The translations under genes and the position numbers were made by a program. A DNA stretch of 21,888 bases, from the NCBI GenBank assembly GCA_964342765.1, contig CAYFFS010000021.1, positions 1 to 21,888 on the forward strand, in the 5' to 3' direction. Each line of letters starts with the position of its first letter. Position 1 is the stretch's first letter. Below are positions 1-6,814 of this stretch, piece by piece. The notes under the pieces were generated by a model that saw only the letters and a list, made by a program, of their open reading frames with translations, was not told where the DNA came from and did no database searches. The DNA comes from an uncultured Nitrososphaerales archaeon (GTDB lineage: Archaea; Thermoproteota; Nitrososphaeria; Conexivisphaerales; Conexivisphaeraceae).

Positions 1-220
1 CGGCAAGAGGAGCTCGACCATGCCGCGGTACATCCCCTGGAGCTCCAGGAGGATCCCGAGGGTCCTCCTCGGCAGCCTGGCGCTCCTGACCACGACCGTC
101 CTAGTTACCCTCCTCACGATCCTCGGCCCCCTTCATATTACGCGCTCCGAGGCGTTCGTGGGCATCGCACGACTGCAACGGCCTTCTGCTCATGCTATCC
201 TCAGCAGAAAAATGTTATAG
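1..220 (+). CDS. Possible 3' end of a CDS entering from the left edge (one hydrophobic C-terminal segment); strand and frame unresolved
   Basis: Frame 2 is open from base 2 to TAG 218-220 and includes a TM-like stretch, VLLGSLALLTTTVLVTLLTILGPL. GC3 is high to about base 130 and then codon quality decays. The antisense frame sharing the same wobble positions (possible GTG at 117, running off the left edge) is equally open. The hairpin plus T-run at 254-288 mildly favours the + strand. Confidence 0.3.
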   Translation, partial: GKRSSTMPRYIPWSSRRIPRVLLGSLALLTTTVLVTLLTILGPLHITRSEAFVGIARLQRPSAHAILSRKML

Positions 221-253
221 ATAGTTATATTTAACCATTACTGCCCCTCCCTG

Positions 254-288
254 AGGCGGCGCCCCGCGGGAGCCCGCCTTCAATTTTG
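254..288 (+). terminator. GC-rich hairpin followed by a T4 run (terminator-like)
   Basis: AGGCGG (254-259) pairs with CCGCCT (274-279) and encloses the palindrome CCCGCGGG (263-270). It is followed by caaTTTTg (T-run 285-288). It sits between the left-edge ORF and the trx promoter. Confidence 0.3.
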
Positions 289-292
289 CGCG

Positions 293-303
293 AAACTTTT
301 TAC
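293..303 (+). promoter_or_regulatory. BRE/TATA-like box of the trx transcription unit
   Basis: aaaCTTTTTAC is an AT island in GC-rich DNA. It lies about 30 nt upstream of ATG 329, the same spacing seen at other first genes in the window (leaderless pattern). Confidence 0.5.
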
Positions 304-328
304 GCGTCGCCCGGCGGCCGCGCCGTCA

Positions 329-664
329 ATGTCGCTTCAGAAGGGCGTTGAGTGCGTGGACCCCGAGGGGGTCAGCGAGCTCGTGCGCACCAAGGACTAC
401 GTGGTCCTAGACTGCTGGGCCCCCTGGTGCGCGCCCTGCCACATCCTGGGGGCCATGCTGAGGGACCTGGCCCCGAAGTACCCGGAGATCGCGTTCGCGA
501 GGATAAACGTGCAGAAGTACCCCGAGTTCCAGGTTAGGATGGAGATCCTGGGGCTCCCCACGCTCCTCATGTGGAGGAAGGGGAGGCTCGTGGCCAGGGT
601 GCCCGGGGTCCCGGACTGGCGCACCCTGAGGTCCATGCTCGACGAGCTGGTGACCGGGGAATGA
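329..664 (+). CDS. trxA: Thioredoxin
   Basis: 111 aa. Redox motif W-C-A-P-C in LDCWAPWCAPCHILG, the conserved cis-Pro region GLPTLLMW, and thioredoxin-typical length. Confidence 0.9.
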   Translation: MSLQKGVECVDPEGVSELVRTKDYVVLDCWAPWCAPCHILGAMLRDLAPKYPEIAFARINVQKYPEFQVRMEILGLPTLLMWRKGRLVARVPGVPDWRTLRSMLDELVTGE

Positions 665-1245
665 GGAGGGGGGCCGTCATATCGATACCAGGCATGGGCT
701 ACACGTCCATGGCCAGGTGCACCCCCAGGTTCCTCTCCGAGCTTTTCTACTACTCGCCCCGTGGGGTCATGCACTTCACTCCTCCCAGGAACGCGGAGGA
801 GGCATGGAGGAGGACCTTCGGGGGGGCGGCCGAGGCCGTCAGGCCCCTCGGGGTGGAGCTCGTCCTGATAAACCCCCCGGAGGGGCGCGGAAGGCCCCTT
901 CAGGAGGAGCTCCAGCTCGTCGAGTCGAAGATCAGGGAATCCCTGGGGAGGGCCCTGCCGGCGGCCTCGCTCAACTACTTCGCGTACAAGGAGGTCCCGG
1001 CCTCCTGCGAGGAGGTCAGGTCGGTCGACGACGCGCTGGCTCGCCTGTTCCAGCAGCTCGACGAGTACATGATAATCACCCCCTTCGGCGACAGGCAGGA
1101 CGGCGACTTCGAGGAGTACGGGATCTACCTGTCCAGCGTGGAGAGGCCGGGGCACGAGGAGGTGATAGAGCCGGAGCAGATACCGATGCTCATGGCCGAG
1201 CTGGCGGCTCGCCTGGGCGCGAGGCGCGCCGCCCAACGCTACTGA
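661..1245 (+). CDS. Hypothetical protein (194 aa), translationally coupled to thioredoxin
   Basis: ATG 661 overlaps the trx stop (ATGA at 661-664) and GGTGA lies upstream. Genome-typical codon usage (AGG, ATA, GAG, CTC; high GC3) holds throughout. I recognise no family signature. The 571 start in the ORF track lies inside trx and is unlikely. Confidence 0.6.
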   Translation: MRRGAVISIPGMGYTSMARCTPRFLSELFYYSPRGVMHFTPPRNAEEAWRRTFGGAAEAVRPLGVELVLINPPEGRGRPLQEELQLVESKIRESLGRALPAASLNYFAYKEVPASCEEVRSVDDALARLFQQLDEYMIITPFGDRQDGDFEEYGIYLSSVERPGHEEVIEPEQIPMLMAELAARLGARRAAQRY

Positions 1246-1286
1246 AGGGCCGGCGGGAACGGCGAAGGCTCGCATGCCCTCCGTGT

Positions 1287-1299
1287 AAAGCTTATTTTT
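1287..1299 (+). promoter_or_regulatory. BRE/TATA box (AAAGCTTATTTTT) of the rpl15-secY-adk-cmk operon
   Basis: AT-rich box 27-39 nt upstream of ATG 1326. It shares the AAGCTTA core with the boxes at 4831, 5938 and 7676. Confidence 0.6.
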
Positions 1300-1325
1300 C
1301 AGCGCCCGGCTGCCAGGCGCTCGGG

Positions 1326-1775
1326 ATGCCGACAAGGCTCAGGAAGATAAGGAAGAAGCGCGGGACGAGGGTCGTCGGGTGGGGCCGCGTCGGCCAGCAC
1401 AGGAAGGCCGGCGGCCGCGGCGGCAGGGGGATGGCGGGGCTCAAGAGGCACAAGAGGAGCTGGATGCTCAAGTACGATCCCGACCACTTCGGCTACCACG
1501 GGTTCTACAGGCACCCATCGCCTAACGTCACCAGGAGGTGGATAAACGTGCGCGACCTCGACGAGCTCTACGAGGGCCTCCACGGGGGCCCGGCGCCCGA
1601 GGGCGAGCTGCCGACGCTCGACCTGGCTTCTCTGGGCATCGAGAAGCTCCTCGGAGGGGGATCCGTGAGGAGGGCCTACAGGGTCATAGTGCCCGCGGCC
1701 ACGGAGTCCGCGATAAGAAAGGTTAAAGAGGCCGGCGGCCAGGTGGAGCTGCTGTCCGAGGCCGCCGAGGGTTGA
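1326..1775 (+). CDS. rpl15: 50S ribosomal protein L15 (uL15)
   Basis: 149 aa. N-terminus MPTRLRKIRKKRGTRVVGWGRVGQHRKAGGRGGRG is the basic glycine-rich uL15 signature. It lies directly upstream of secY as in the archaeal spc cluster. The upstream 200 codons of track ORF 717..1775 are an out-of-frame shadow of the 661..1245 gene. Confidence 0.93.
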   Translation: MPTRLRKIRKKRGTRVVGWGRVGQHRKAGGRGGRGMAGLKRHKRSWMLKYDPDHFGYHGFYRHPSPNVTRRWINVRDLDELYEGLHGGPAPEGELPTLDLASLGIEKLLGGGSVRRAYRVIVPAATESAIRKVKEAGGQVELLSEAAEG

Positions 1776-3172
1776 GCTCCGACCGCTTCTCCAAAATACT
1801 GGGGCTTGCGCAGTACGTACCGGAGGTTCCGAGGCCGGCCAGGAAGCCCTCCCTCAGGATAAGGCTCCTCTGGACCCTCCTAGTGCTGGTCATCTACGTG
1901 TCGATGGGGTTCGTGCCCCTCTACAAGGTCACGATAAGCGCCCAGGTGCTCCCCCTTTACCAGATAGTCTTCGCCGCCCAGCAGGGGACCCTAACCTCCC
2001 TCGGGATAGGCCCGATAGTGACGGGGGGCCTGCTGGCCGAGATCCTCGTGGGGTCCGAGATAATAAGCATGGACTTCTCGAGGGAGGAGGACAAGGCCGC
2101 GTTCACGGCCATGGTGAAGGTCTTCACGGCCGTGTTCATCGTCGTGGAGTCCGTGGCGTACACGGTCGGCATGCTGGGCTTCTACTACCACGTGCCGGCC
2201 TCAGCCCTCCCGGTCGACGCGATACAGCTGATAATCGCCGGGTTCGTCGTGTACATGCTCGACCAGATGATACAGAAGGGGTGGGGGGTTGGGAGCGGGA
2301 TCAGCCTGTTCATACTCGCGAACGTGTCGCTGCTCGTGATGGTCGACCTCTTCAACCCCGTCAAGGTGAACGGCCAGTACTTCGGCCTCATACCGTTCCT
2401 GGCGCAGGCCGCGGCGGAGGGGAAGCTCTACGAGGCCGTCCTCAGGCCCAACGGCTACCCATCCCTCGTCGGCCTGGGCGCCACGGTGGGCTTCATACTG
2501 CTCCTGATATACCTAGAGGGCGTCAGGATAGAGGTGCCGGTCACCTCGTCCCAGTTCAGGGGGATATCGGGGACCTACCCGATAAAGCTCCTCTACGTCT
2601 CGAACGTGCCGGTGATCCTGGTGGCCGCCCTCCTGGCGAACCTCCAGATGATAGCGTCCTGGTGGGCCGGATGGGCGAGGACCTACGGGCTCTGGTACGC
2701 CGGCGCCCTGGCTCAGTACAACTCGCAGGGGCAGCTGGTCGGCGGCCTCCTCTACTACCTCATGGGGCCCCAGACGCTCCAGCAGGCGATCTCGGACCCA
2801 GCCCTCACGGTCGCGTTCGTCGCGATAATGGTCGTCCTGAGCACCGCGTTCGCCAAGGTCTGGGTCGAGATGAGCGGCATGACCGCGGAGAAGACGGCGG
2901 AGGGCCTGATAAGGGCGCAGATGACAATACCCGGCTTCAGGACCGCCAGGTCTACGCTGGGCATGGTCCTGGAGAGGTGGATACCGGCGGTCACGCTCGT
3001 GGGAGGGGCGCTCGTGGGCCTCATAGCCGGGATATCGCAGTTCCTGGGAGTCTTCGGGGGAGGGATAGGGCTCCTGCTGATGGTCGACATAGCGATCCAA
3101 TACTACCAGGCCCTCGTGCAGGAGGAGCTAGAGTTTATAATGCCCAGGCTCGCGGGGATCTTCGGACGCTGA
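1772..3172 (+). CDS. secY: Preprotein translocase subunit SecY
   Basis: 466 aa polytopic membrane protein. N-terminus ...VPEVPRPARKPSLRIRLLWTLLVLVIYVSMGFVPLY matches the archaeal SecY pattern. The TTG start overlaps the rpl15 stop (TTGA). Conserved rpl15-secY-adk order. Confidence 0.93.
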   Translation: MSSDRFSKILGLAQYVPEVPRPARKPSLRIRLLWTLLVLVIYVSMGFVPLYKVTISAQVLPLYQIVFAAQQGTLTSLGIGPIVTGGLLAEILVGSEIISMDFSREEDKAAFTAMVKVFTAVFIVVESVAYTVGMLGFYYHVPASALPVDAIQLIIAGFVVYMLDQMIQKGWGVGSGISLFILANVSLLVMVDLFNPVKVNGQYFGLIPFLAQAAAEGKLYEAVLRPNGYPSLVGLGATVGFILLLIYLEGVRIEVPVTSSQFRGISGTYPIKLLYVSNVPVILVAALLANLQMIASWWAGWARTYGLWYAGALAQYNSQGQLVGGLLYYLMGPQTLQQAISDPALTVAFVAIMVVLSTAFAKVWVEMSGMTAEKTAEGLIRAQMTIPGFRTARSTLGMVLERWIPAVTLVGGALVGLIAGISQFLGVFGGGIGLLLMVDIAIQYYQALVQEELEFIMPRLAGIFGR

Positions 3173-3173
3173 A

Positions 3174-3728
3174 ATGAGGGTTATAGTGGGGGGCATACCC
3201 GGGGTCGGGAAGAGCACGGTCCTCGACGTCGTCAGCAGGAGGCTCGGCGGCAGGCTCCTCATAGTGAACTACGGAACTGTCATGATGGAGGAGGCCAGGC
3301 TGAGGGGAGCCCCCGACAGGGACTCCATAAGGAGGCTCCCGGCCGGCGTCCAGAGGGAGATACAGTCCTCCGCCGCCAGGAAGATAGCCCAGATGGGGTC
3401 CGAGTTCCTGATAGTGGACACGCACTTCTCGATAAAGACGTCCCAGGGCTACCTGCCAGGCATGCCCTCCCACATAATCTCTGCCCTGGCGCCCGACTCC
3501 CTGGTCGTGATATCCGCCTCCCCCGAGGAGGTGTCCGCCAGGAGGGCCGCGGACCCCTCAAGGAACAGGGACCCCTCGGTCGAGTCCGTGAGGGAGGAGC
3601 TGGAGATGGAGCTCCTCTTCGCCGTCGCGGCGTCCAACGAGAGCGGGGCTCCCCTGGCGATAGTGATGAACAGGCAGGGGGAGGCCGAGAGGGCCGCGGA
3701 GGACCTCCTGAGGGTCATGGGGGTGTGA
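3174..3728 (+). CDS. adkA: Adenylate kinase, archaeal type
   Basis: 184 aa. P-loop GIPGVGKST at the N-terminus, a LIVDTHFSIKT segment typical of archaeal AdkA, and position immediately after secY. Confidence 0.9.
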   Translation: MRVIVGGIPGVGKSTVLDVVSRRLGGRLLIVNYGTVMMEEARLRGAPDRDSIRRLPAGVQREIQSSAARKIAQMGSEFLIVDTHFSIKTSQGYLPGMPSHIISALAPDSLVVISASPEEVSARRAADPSRNRDPSVESVREELEMELLFAVAASNESGAPLAIVMNRQGEAERAAEDLLRVMGV

Positions 3729-3761
3729 GCCCTGTGGCAGATCCCCGTCGAGGCCCTGCGC

Positions 3762-4232
3762 GTGATGCCCTACTCCACGGCGTTCGTCGCCCTGGTGGCG
3801 CTCGCCCTTAACGTCATAGCCAACGCCGTGACCAGGGCGACGATGGACGTCGACATGTACAGGAGGGTCCAGAGGGAGTACGCGGAGTACCAGAGGCAGC
3901 TCAGGGCCGCCATAAGGAGCGGGGATCCCGAGAAGGCCGAGAAGGTCAGGAGGAGGTACAAGCCGGTCGAGGAGCAGATGCTGAGGCTTCAGATGGACAG
4001 GCTGAGGATAAGCCTGTACTACCTGATCCCATTCATAATATTGTATTACCTGCTCGCGTGGTTCATGGGGAACGTGCCGGTCGCGATCTCCCCCTACGAG
4101 TTCAACCTCTGGATAGTGTCCGCGACCGTGCCCATCGGGCCCGGGTACGGGATGAACATGGTGACCTGGTACATATTCACGTCCATAGCGTTCAGCGTCG
4201 TCGTGACGAGGATCTTCGGGCTGCAGGTGTAG
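3762..4232 (+). CDS. DUF106/EMC3-TMCO1-like membrane protein (archaeal Oxa1/YidC-like insertase candidate)
   Basis: 156 aa. Architecture is an N-terminal TM, a charged coiled-coil segment (RRVQREYAEYQRQLRAAIRSGDPEKAEKVRRRYKPVEEQMLRLQMDRLR), then two more hydrophobic segments. It occupies the conserved slot between adk and cmk. GTG 3762 and ATG 3765 are both possible starts. Confidence 0.7.
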   Translation: MMPYSTAFVALVALALNVIANAVTRATMDVDMYRRVQREYAEYQRQLRAAIRSGDPEKAEKVRRRYKPVEEQMLRLQMDRLRISLYYLIPFIILYYLLAWFMGNVPVAISPYEFNLWIVSATVPIGPGYGMNMVTWYIFTSIAFSVVVTRIFGLQV

Positions 4233-4235
4233 GCC

Positions 4236-4832
4236 ATGAGGTACGTGAGGAGCGTCGTCATAGCCGGGATGCCGGCGTCGGGCAAGACGACGGTGGCGCG
4301 CCTCGTCGCCTCCAGGCTGGGCCTCAGGTACGTGGCCGGTGGGGACATACTCAGGGAGCTGGCGCGCGAGCGCGGCTACGACCCGAAGGGGGACGACTGG
4401 TGGGACTCCGAGGAGGGCAGGAGGTTCCTCCTGGAGAGGAGGGAGAACCCGGAGTTCGACAGGGAGGTCGACCGCAGGCTGAGGGAGCTCGTGGTCGCGG
4501 GCGGGTACGCCGCCACGAGCTACTCGATGCCCTGGCTTGTCGGCCCGGAGGTCCTCAAGGTCTGGCTCAAGGCATCCCAGCGCGAGCGCGCGGCCAGGAT
4601 GGCGAGGAGGGACGGGATATCGGTGGAGGAGGCCGCCCGCATAATAGAGTTCCGCGACAGCGAGAACGCCAGGCTCTACAGGGAGCTCTACGGGTACGAG
4701 CTTGCGCCGGATCCCTCGGTCTTCCACCTGATAGTGGACACGGAGAGCGTCCCCCCGGAGGACGTCGCGGAGCTCGTTGTCCTGTACGCCAGGGCCCTCT
4801 GGAGGGAGGGCGGCCGACGGGAGGTCGGATAA
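4236..4832 (+). CDS. cmk: Cytidylate kinase, archaeal type
   Basis: 198 aa. P-loop GMPASGKTT, segments LKVWLKASQRERAARMARRDG and FRDSENARLYRELYG typical of archaeal Cmk, and conserved position. Confidence 0.88.
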   Translation: MRYVRSVVIAGMPASGKTTVARLVASRLGLRYVAGGDILRELARERGYDPKGDDWWDSEEGRRFLLERRENPEFDREVDRRLRELVVAGGYAATSYSMPWLVGPEVLKVWLKASQRERAARMARRDGISVEEAARIIEFRDSENARLYRELYGYELAPDPSVFHLIVDTESVPPEDVAELVVLYARALWREGGRREVG

Positions 4833-4841
4833 GCTTTTAGC
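4830..4841 (+). promoter_or_regulatory. BRE/TATA box (TAAGCTTTTAGC) of cbf5
   Basis: The AAGCTT core begins 32 nt upstream of GTG 4863. It overlaps the cmk stop codon. Confidence 0.55.
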
Positions 4842-4862
4842 GCGAGGGAGGCGCGCGGGGCC

Positions 4863-5891
4863 GTGGCCAGGGGGCCTGGCGGCTTCCCAACGGTGAGGGA
4901 GTGGCTCCTGAGCAGCACGATAGTCGTGGGCGAGGAATCGGAGGGGGAGCACGGCCGCCCGCCCGAGGAGAGGTCGATGTCGGAGCTCCTGGACATGGGG
5001 CTGATCCCGGTGGACAAGCCCGCCGGCCAGACGAGCCACCAGGTAACGGCGTGGGTCAAGCAGATCCTAGGGGTGGAGAGGGCAGGGCACAGCGGGACGC
5101 TGGATCCGCTGGCCACGGGGCTTCTCCCCGTCGCCACGGGCCGCGCGACCAAGGTCCTCCAGGCCCTTCTGCTGGGTCCCAAGGAATACTACTCGGTCAT
5201 GAGGCTGCACGACCCCGTCCCGGACGAGCAGCTGAGGGCCGTCGTGTCTGAGTTCACCGGCCCGATCTACCAGCGCCCGCCAGTTCGCTCCCGCGTCAAG
5301 AGGGAGAGGAGGGTCAGGAACATATACGAGCTGGAGATAGTGGAGAGGAAGGGGAACCTCGTGCTCCTGAGGTCCCTGGTCCAGGCCGGGACGTACGTGA
5401 GGAAGCTCATCTACGACATGGGCGAGGTCCTGGGGCCCGGGGCCACGATGGTGGAGCTAAGGAGGACAAGGGTCTGCGACCTAAGGGAGTCCGACATGAT
5501 CGTGAGGCTCCACGAGCTGGCGTACGCCGCCAAGCTCTGGAGGGAGAAGGGGGACGAGTCCGAGCTCAGGAGGCTCGTGATGCCGATAGAGTGGGGGCTG
5601 ACCCACCTGAAGCCGGTAGTGGTCAAGGACACGGCGGTCGACGCCGTGGCGCATGGATCCTACCTGGCCGTTCCAGGGGTCGCTCGCCTTCACCCGGACG
5701 TCAGGAGGGGGGACGTGGTCGTCCTCTACACGCATAAGGGGGAGCTCGTGGCGCTGGCTCGCGCCGAGATGGGCCGCGAGGAGGTCGAGGACTCGAAGAG
5801 GGGGGTGGCCTTCAGGCCCATCAGGGTGGTCATGCAGCCGGGCGTCTACCCGCGCTCGTGGAGGTCCAAGGAGGAGGGCGTCGGCGCTTAA
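4863..5891 (+). CDS. cbf5: H/ACA RNP pseudouridine synthase Cbf5 (TruB family)
   Basis: 342 aa. VDKPAGQTSHQV and the catalytic-Asp motif GHSGTLDPLATGLLPV. C-terminal PUA-like domain (KPVVVKDTAVDAVAHGSYLAVPGV...GELVALARA). GTG start at leaderless distance from the TATA box. Confidence 0.93.
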   Translation: MARGPGGFPTVREWLLSSTIVVGEESEGEHGRPPEERSMSELLDMGLIPVDKPAGQTSHQVTAWVKQILGVERAGHSGTLDPLATGLLPVATGRATKVLQALLLGPKEYYSVMRLHDPVPDEQLRAVVSEFTGPIYQRPPVRSRVKRERRVRNIYELEIVERKGNLVLLRSLVQAGTYVRKLIYDMGEVLGPGATMVELRRTRVCDLRESDMIVRLHELAYAAKLWREKGDESELRRLVMPIEWGLTHLKPVVVKDTAVDAVAHGSYLAVPGVARLHPDVRRGDVVVLYTHKGELVALARAEMGREEVEDSKRGVAFRPIRVVMQPGVYPRSWRSKEEGVGA

Positions 5892-5936
5892 ACAGCTAAT
5901 ACGGAAGCCCTAAAGCGCGTCGAAGGGCTGTCGCCT

Positions 5937-5950
5937 AAAGCTTAATTTTA
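5937..5950 (+). promoter_or_regulatory. BRE/TATA box (AAAGCTTAATTTTA) of tRNA-Ser
   Basis: The AAGCTTA core at 5938 lies 34 nt upstream of tRNA position 1 (5972). It is flanked by the interrupted inverted repeat GGCTGTCGCC (5926-5935) / GGCGGGACAGCC (5953-5964). Confidence 0.6.
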
Positions 5951-5971
5951 GGGGCGGGACAGCCGCGGCGA

Positions 5972-6070
5972 GCCGGGGTGCCCGAGTGGTCAAGGGGCAG
6001 GCCTGGAGACCCTCGAGGATCGAGAGCCTGTGGGCGAAAGCCCTCGTGGGTTCGAATCCCACCCCCGGCG
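5972..6070 (+). tRNA. tRNA-Ser (anticodon GGA) with a 16-nt intron at the canonical 37/38 position
   Basis: Hand-folded. Acceptor GCCGGGG (5972-5978) / CCCCGGC (6063-6069) with discriminator G. D arm CCC/GGG with a GG loop. Anticodon stem CAGGC (5998-6002) / GCCTG (6026-6030), loop CU-GGA-G, interrupted by about 6009-6024. Long variable arm GGGC-GAAA-GCCC (6032-6043). T arm GTGGG-TTCGAAT-CCCAC (6046-6062). CCA is not encoded. Confidence 0.9.
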
Positions 6071-6074
6071 CCTC

Positions 6075-6365
6075 CTATACTTGGAGCTCCCTCAGCACCC
6101 TGAACGCCTCCCTTCCAAGGTCCTCCAGCCCTTCCTTGGAGAGGGCCCTCGCGACCGCCACGAGCCCTATTCCCAGGGCGCTCGTCAGGGGCTCGGGGAG
6201 GGCCACCATGAGGACGCCCGCTACCTTCAGGGGGCGCAGGTCGCGCCCCCTGAGCCCCGCGCGGCTCCTGGAGAGCGTCGTCCGGACTCCGTCCAGGGCC
6301 TCGCCCACCGATGCCGCGTCACCGGCCAGGCGGAGGAGGGAGCCGGCCACCTCCTCTCCGCGCAC
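6075..6365 (-). CDS. Hypothetical small protein (96 aa) with a central hydrophobic segment
   Basis: GTG start 29 nt downstream of a minus-strand TATA-like box. Good codon usage and a natural A/L/G/E/R composition (…VAGVLMVALPEPLTSALGIGLVAVARAL…), whereas the overlapping + strand ORFs are S/P/R/T-rich shadows. The stop lies 4 nt from the 3' end of the tRNA. Confidence 0.5.
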   Translation of the reverse strand: MRGEEVAGSLLRLAGDAASVGEALDGVRTTLSRSRAGLRGRDLRPLKVAGVLMVALPEPLTSALGIGLVAVARALSKEGLEDLGREAFRVLRELQV

Positions 6366-6386
6366 GACCCGGTAGGGAATTCCCTC

Positions 6387-6394
6387 CCTAAATC
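6387..6394 (-). promoter_or_regulatory. TATA-like box (GATTTAGG on the minus strand) of the 96-aa gene
   Basis: 29 nt upstream of GTG 6365. The perfect palindrome GGGAATTCCC (6375-6384) lies between the box and the start. Confidence 0.45.
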
Positions 6395-6468
6395 GGGAGC
6401 GTCAAAGGACATGTAACATCGGCGTCACAGGGCCTTGACCGATTTTTGTGACGCGCCGCGATGGAAAC

Positions 6469-6478
6469 GATTTATAGA
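6469..6478 (+). promoter_or_regulatory. TATA box (GATTTATAGA) of the small membrane protein / nucleotidyltransferase unit
   Basis: AT island 23-29 nt upstream of ATG 6494 / GTG 6497 / ATG 6500. ATG 6461 from the ORF track lies upstream of this box and is therefore unlikely to be the start. Confidence 0.5.
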
Positions 6479-6493
6479 GGACGATGCCAGGCC

Positions 6494-6790
6494 ATGGTGA
6501 TGAGCAGGGACCAATACCTAGGGGTTCTGATGATGGTGCTCGGCATACTCGTGATAATATTGTACGGATGGCTGGACTGGGCGTACCCCCTTAGGACCCT
6601 TCAGGTCACCGCCTTCATAGGCGTCGCGGCCCTCCTCGGCGTCGTCGCTTGGATAGGGTACACGCTGGCCACGACCCCTCCGCCCAAGCCCATATCCGAG
6701 ATAGAGAAGGAGCTCGAGGAGGAGCTCAAGAAGGTGGGCGGGGGATCCTCCGCCCAGGAGCAGAGGGGATCCCAGGGGGCCGGAAGCTGA
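6494..6790 (+). CDS. Hypothetical small membrane protein (2 predicted TM helices, acidic and glycine-rich C-terminal tail)
   Basis: YLGVLMMVLGILVIILYGWL and VTAFIGVAALLGVVAWIGYTL are hydrophobic helices, followed by PPPKPISEIEKELEEELKKVGGG. Codon usage is good. The start is placed by TATA spacing; the ORF is open from 6461. Confidence 0.6.
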   Translation: MVMSRDQYLGVLMMVLGILVIILYGWLDWAYPLRTLQVTAFIGVAALLGVVAWIGYTLATTPPPKPISEIEKELEEELKKVGGGSSAQEQRGSQGAGS

Positions 6791-6814
6791 GCGCCGCGTT
6801 CCGGTGGAGCTGGG

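Noticed and set aside
101-234. Minus-strand TATA-like TTAAATATA (234-226) followed by a 31-codon ORF (ATG 193 to TAG 101)
   Set aside because: The ORF is very short with poor codon usage and no recognisable motif. I kept it only as part of the left-edge ambiguity.
717-1325. N-terminal 203 codons of the 352-aa + ORF that ends as rpl15
   Set aside because: Out-of-frame shadow over the 661..1245 gene (G/R/P-rich). uL15 homology and the promoter place the real start at 1326.
397-1335. 312-aa minus-strand ORF overlapping trx and the 194-aa ORF
   Set aside because: Antisense shadow. The composition is P/R/G/H-rich and low-complexity with no motif. It shares wobble positions with well-supported + strand genes.
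3558-5039. 493-aa minus-strand ORF across adk, the DUF106 gene, cmk and the cbf5 start
   Set aside because: Antisense to four recognisable genes. P/R/H/G-rich with no domain signature. This is the typical long open antisense frame of GC-rich DNA.
5986-6416. Two + strand ORFs (129 and 128 aa) starting inside the tRNA-Ser gene
   Set aside because: They begin within the tRNA, are S/P/R/T-rich and lack a promoter. The minus-strand 96-aa ORF has better composition and a correctly spaced TATA box.
6496-6534. C/D-box-like words (GTGATGA at 6496-6502, CTGA at 6527-6530, TGATGA at 6529-6534)
   Set aside because: The spacing between the C and D' elements is about 24 nt instead of the roughly 12 nt of archaeal C/D sRNAs. 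No terminal D box or terminal stem is present. The motif lies inside a coding region at its start (ATGGTGATGAGC).
6071-6790. Possible integrated element using tRNA-Ser as attachment site, given unknown small ORFs right after a tRNA
   Set aside because: There is no integrase, no direct repeat of the tRNA 3' half downstream that I could find, and no shift in GC content or codon usage relative to flanking core genes.
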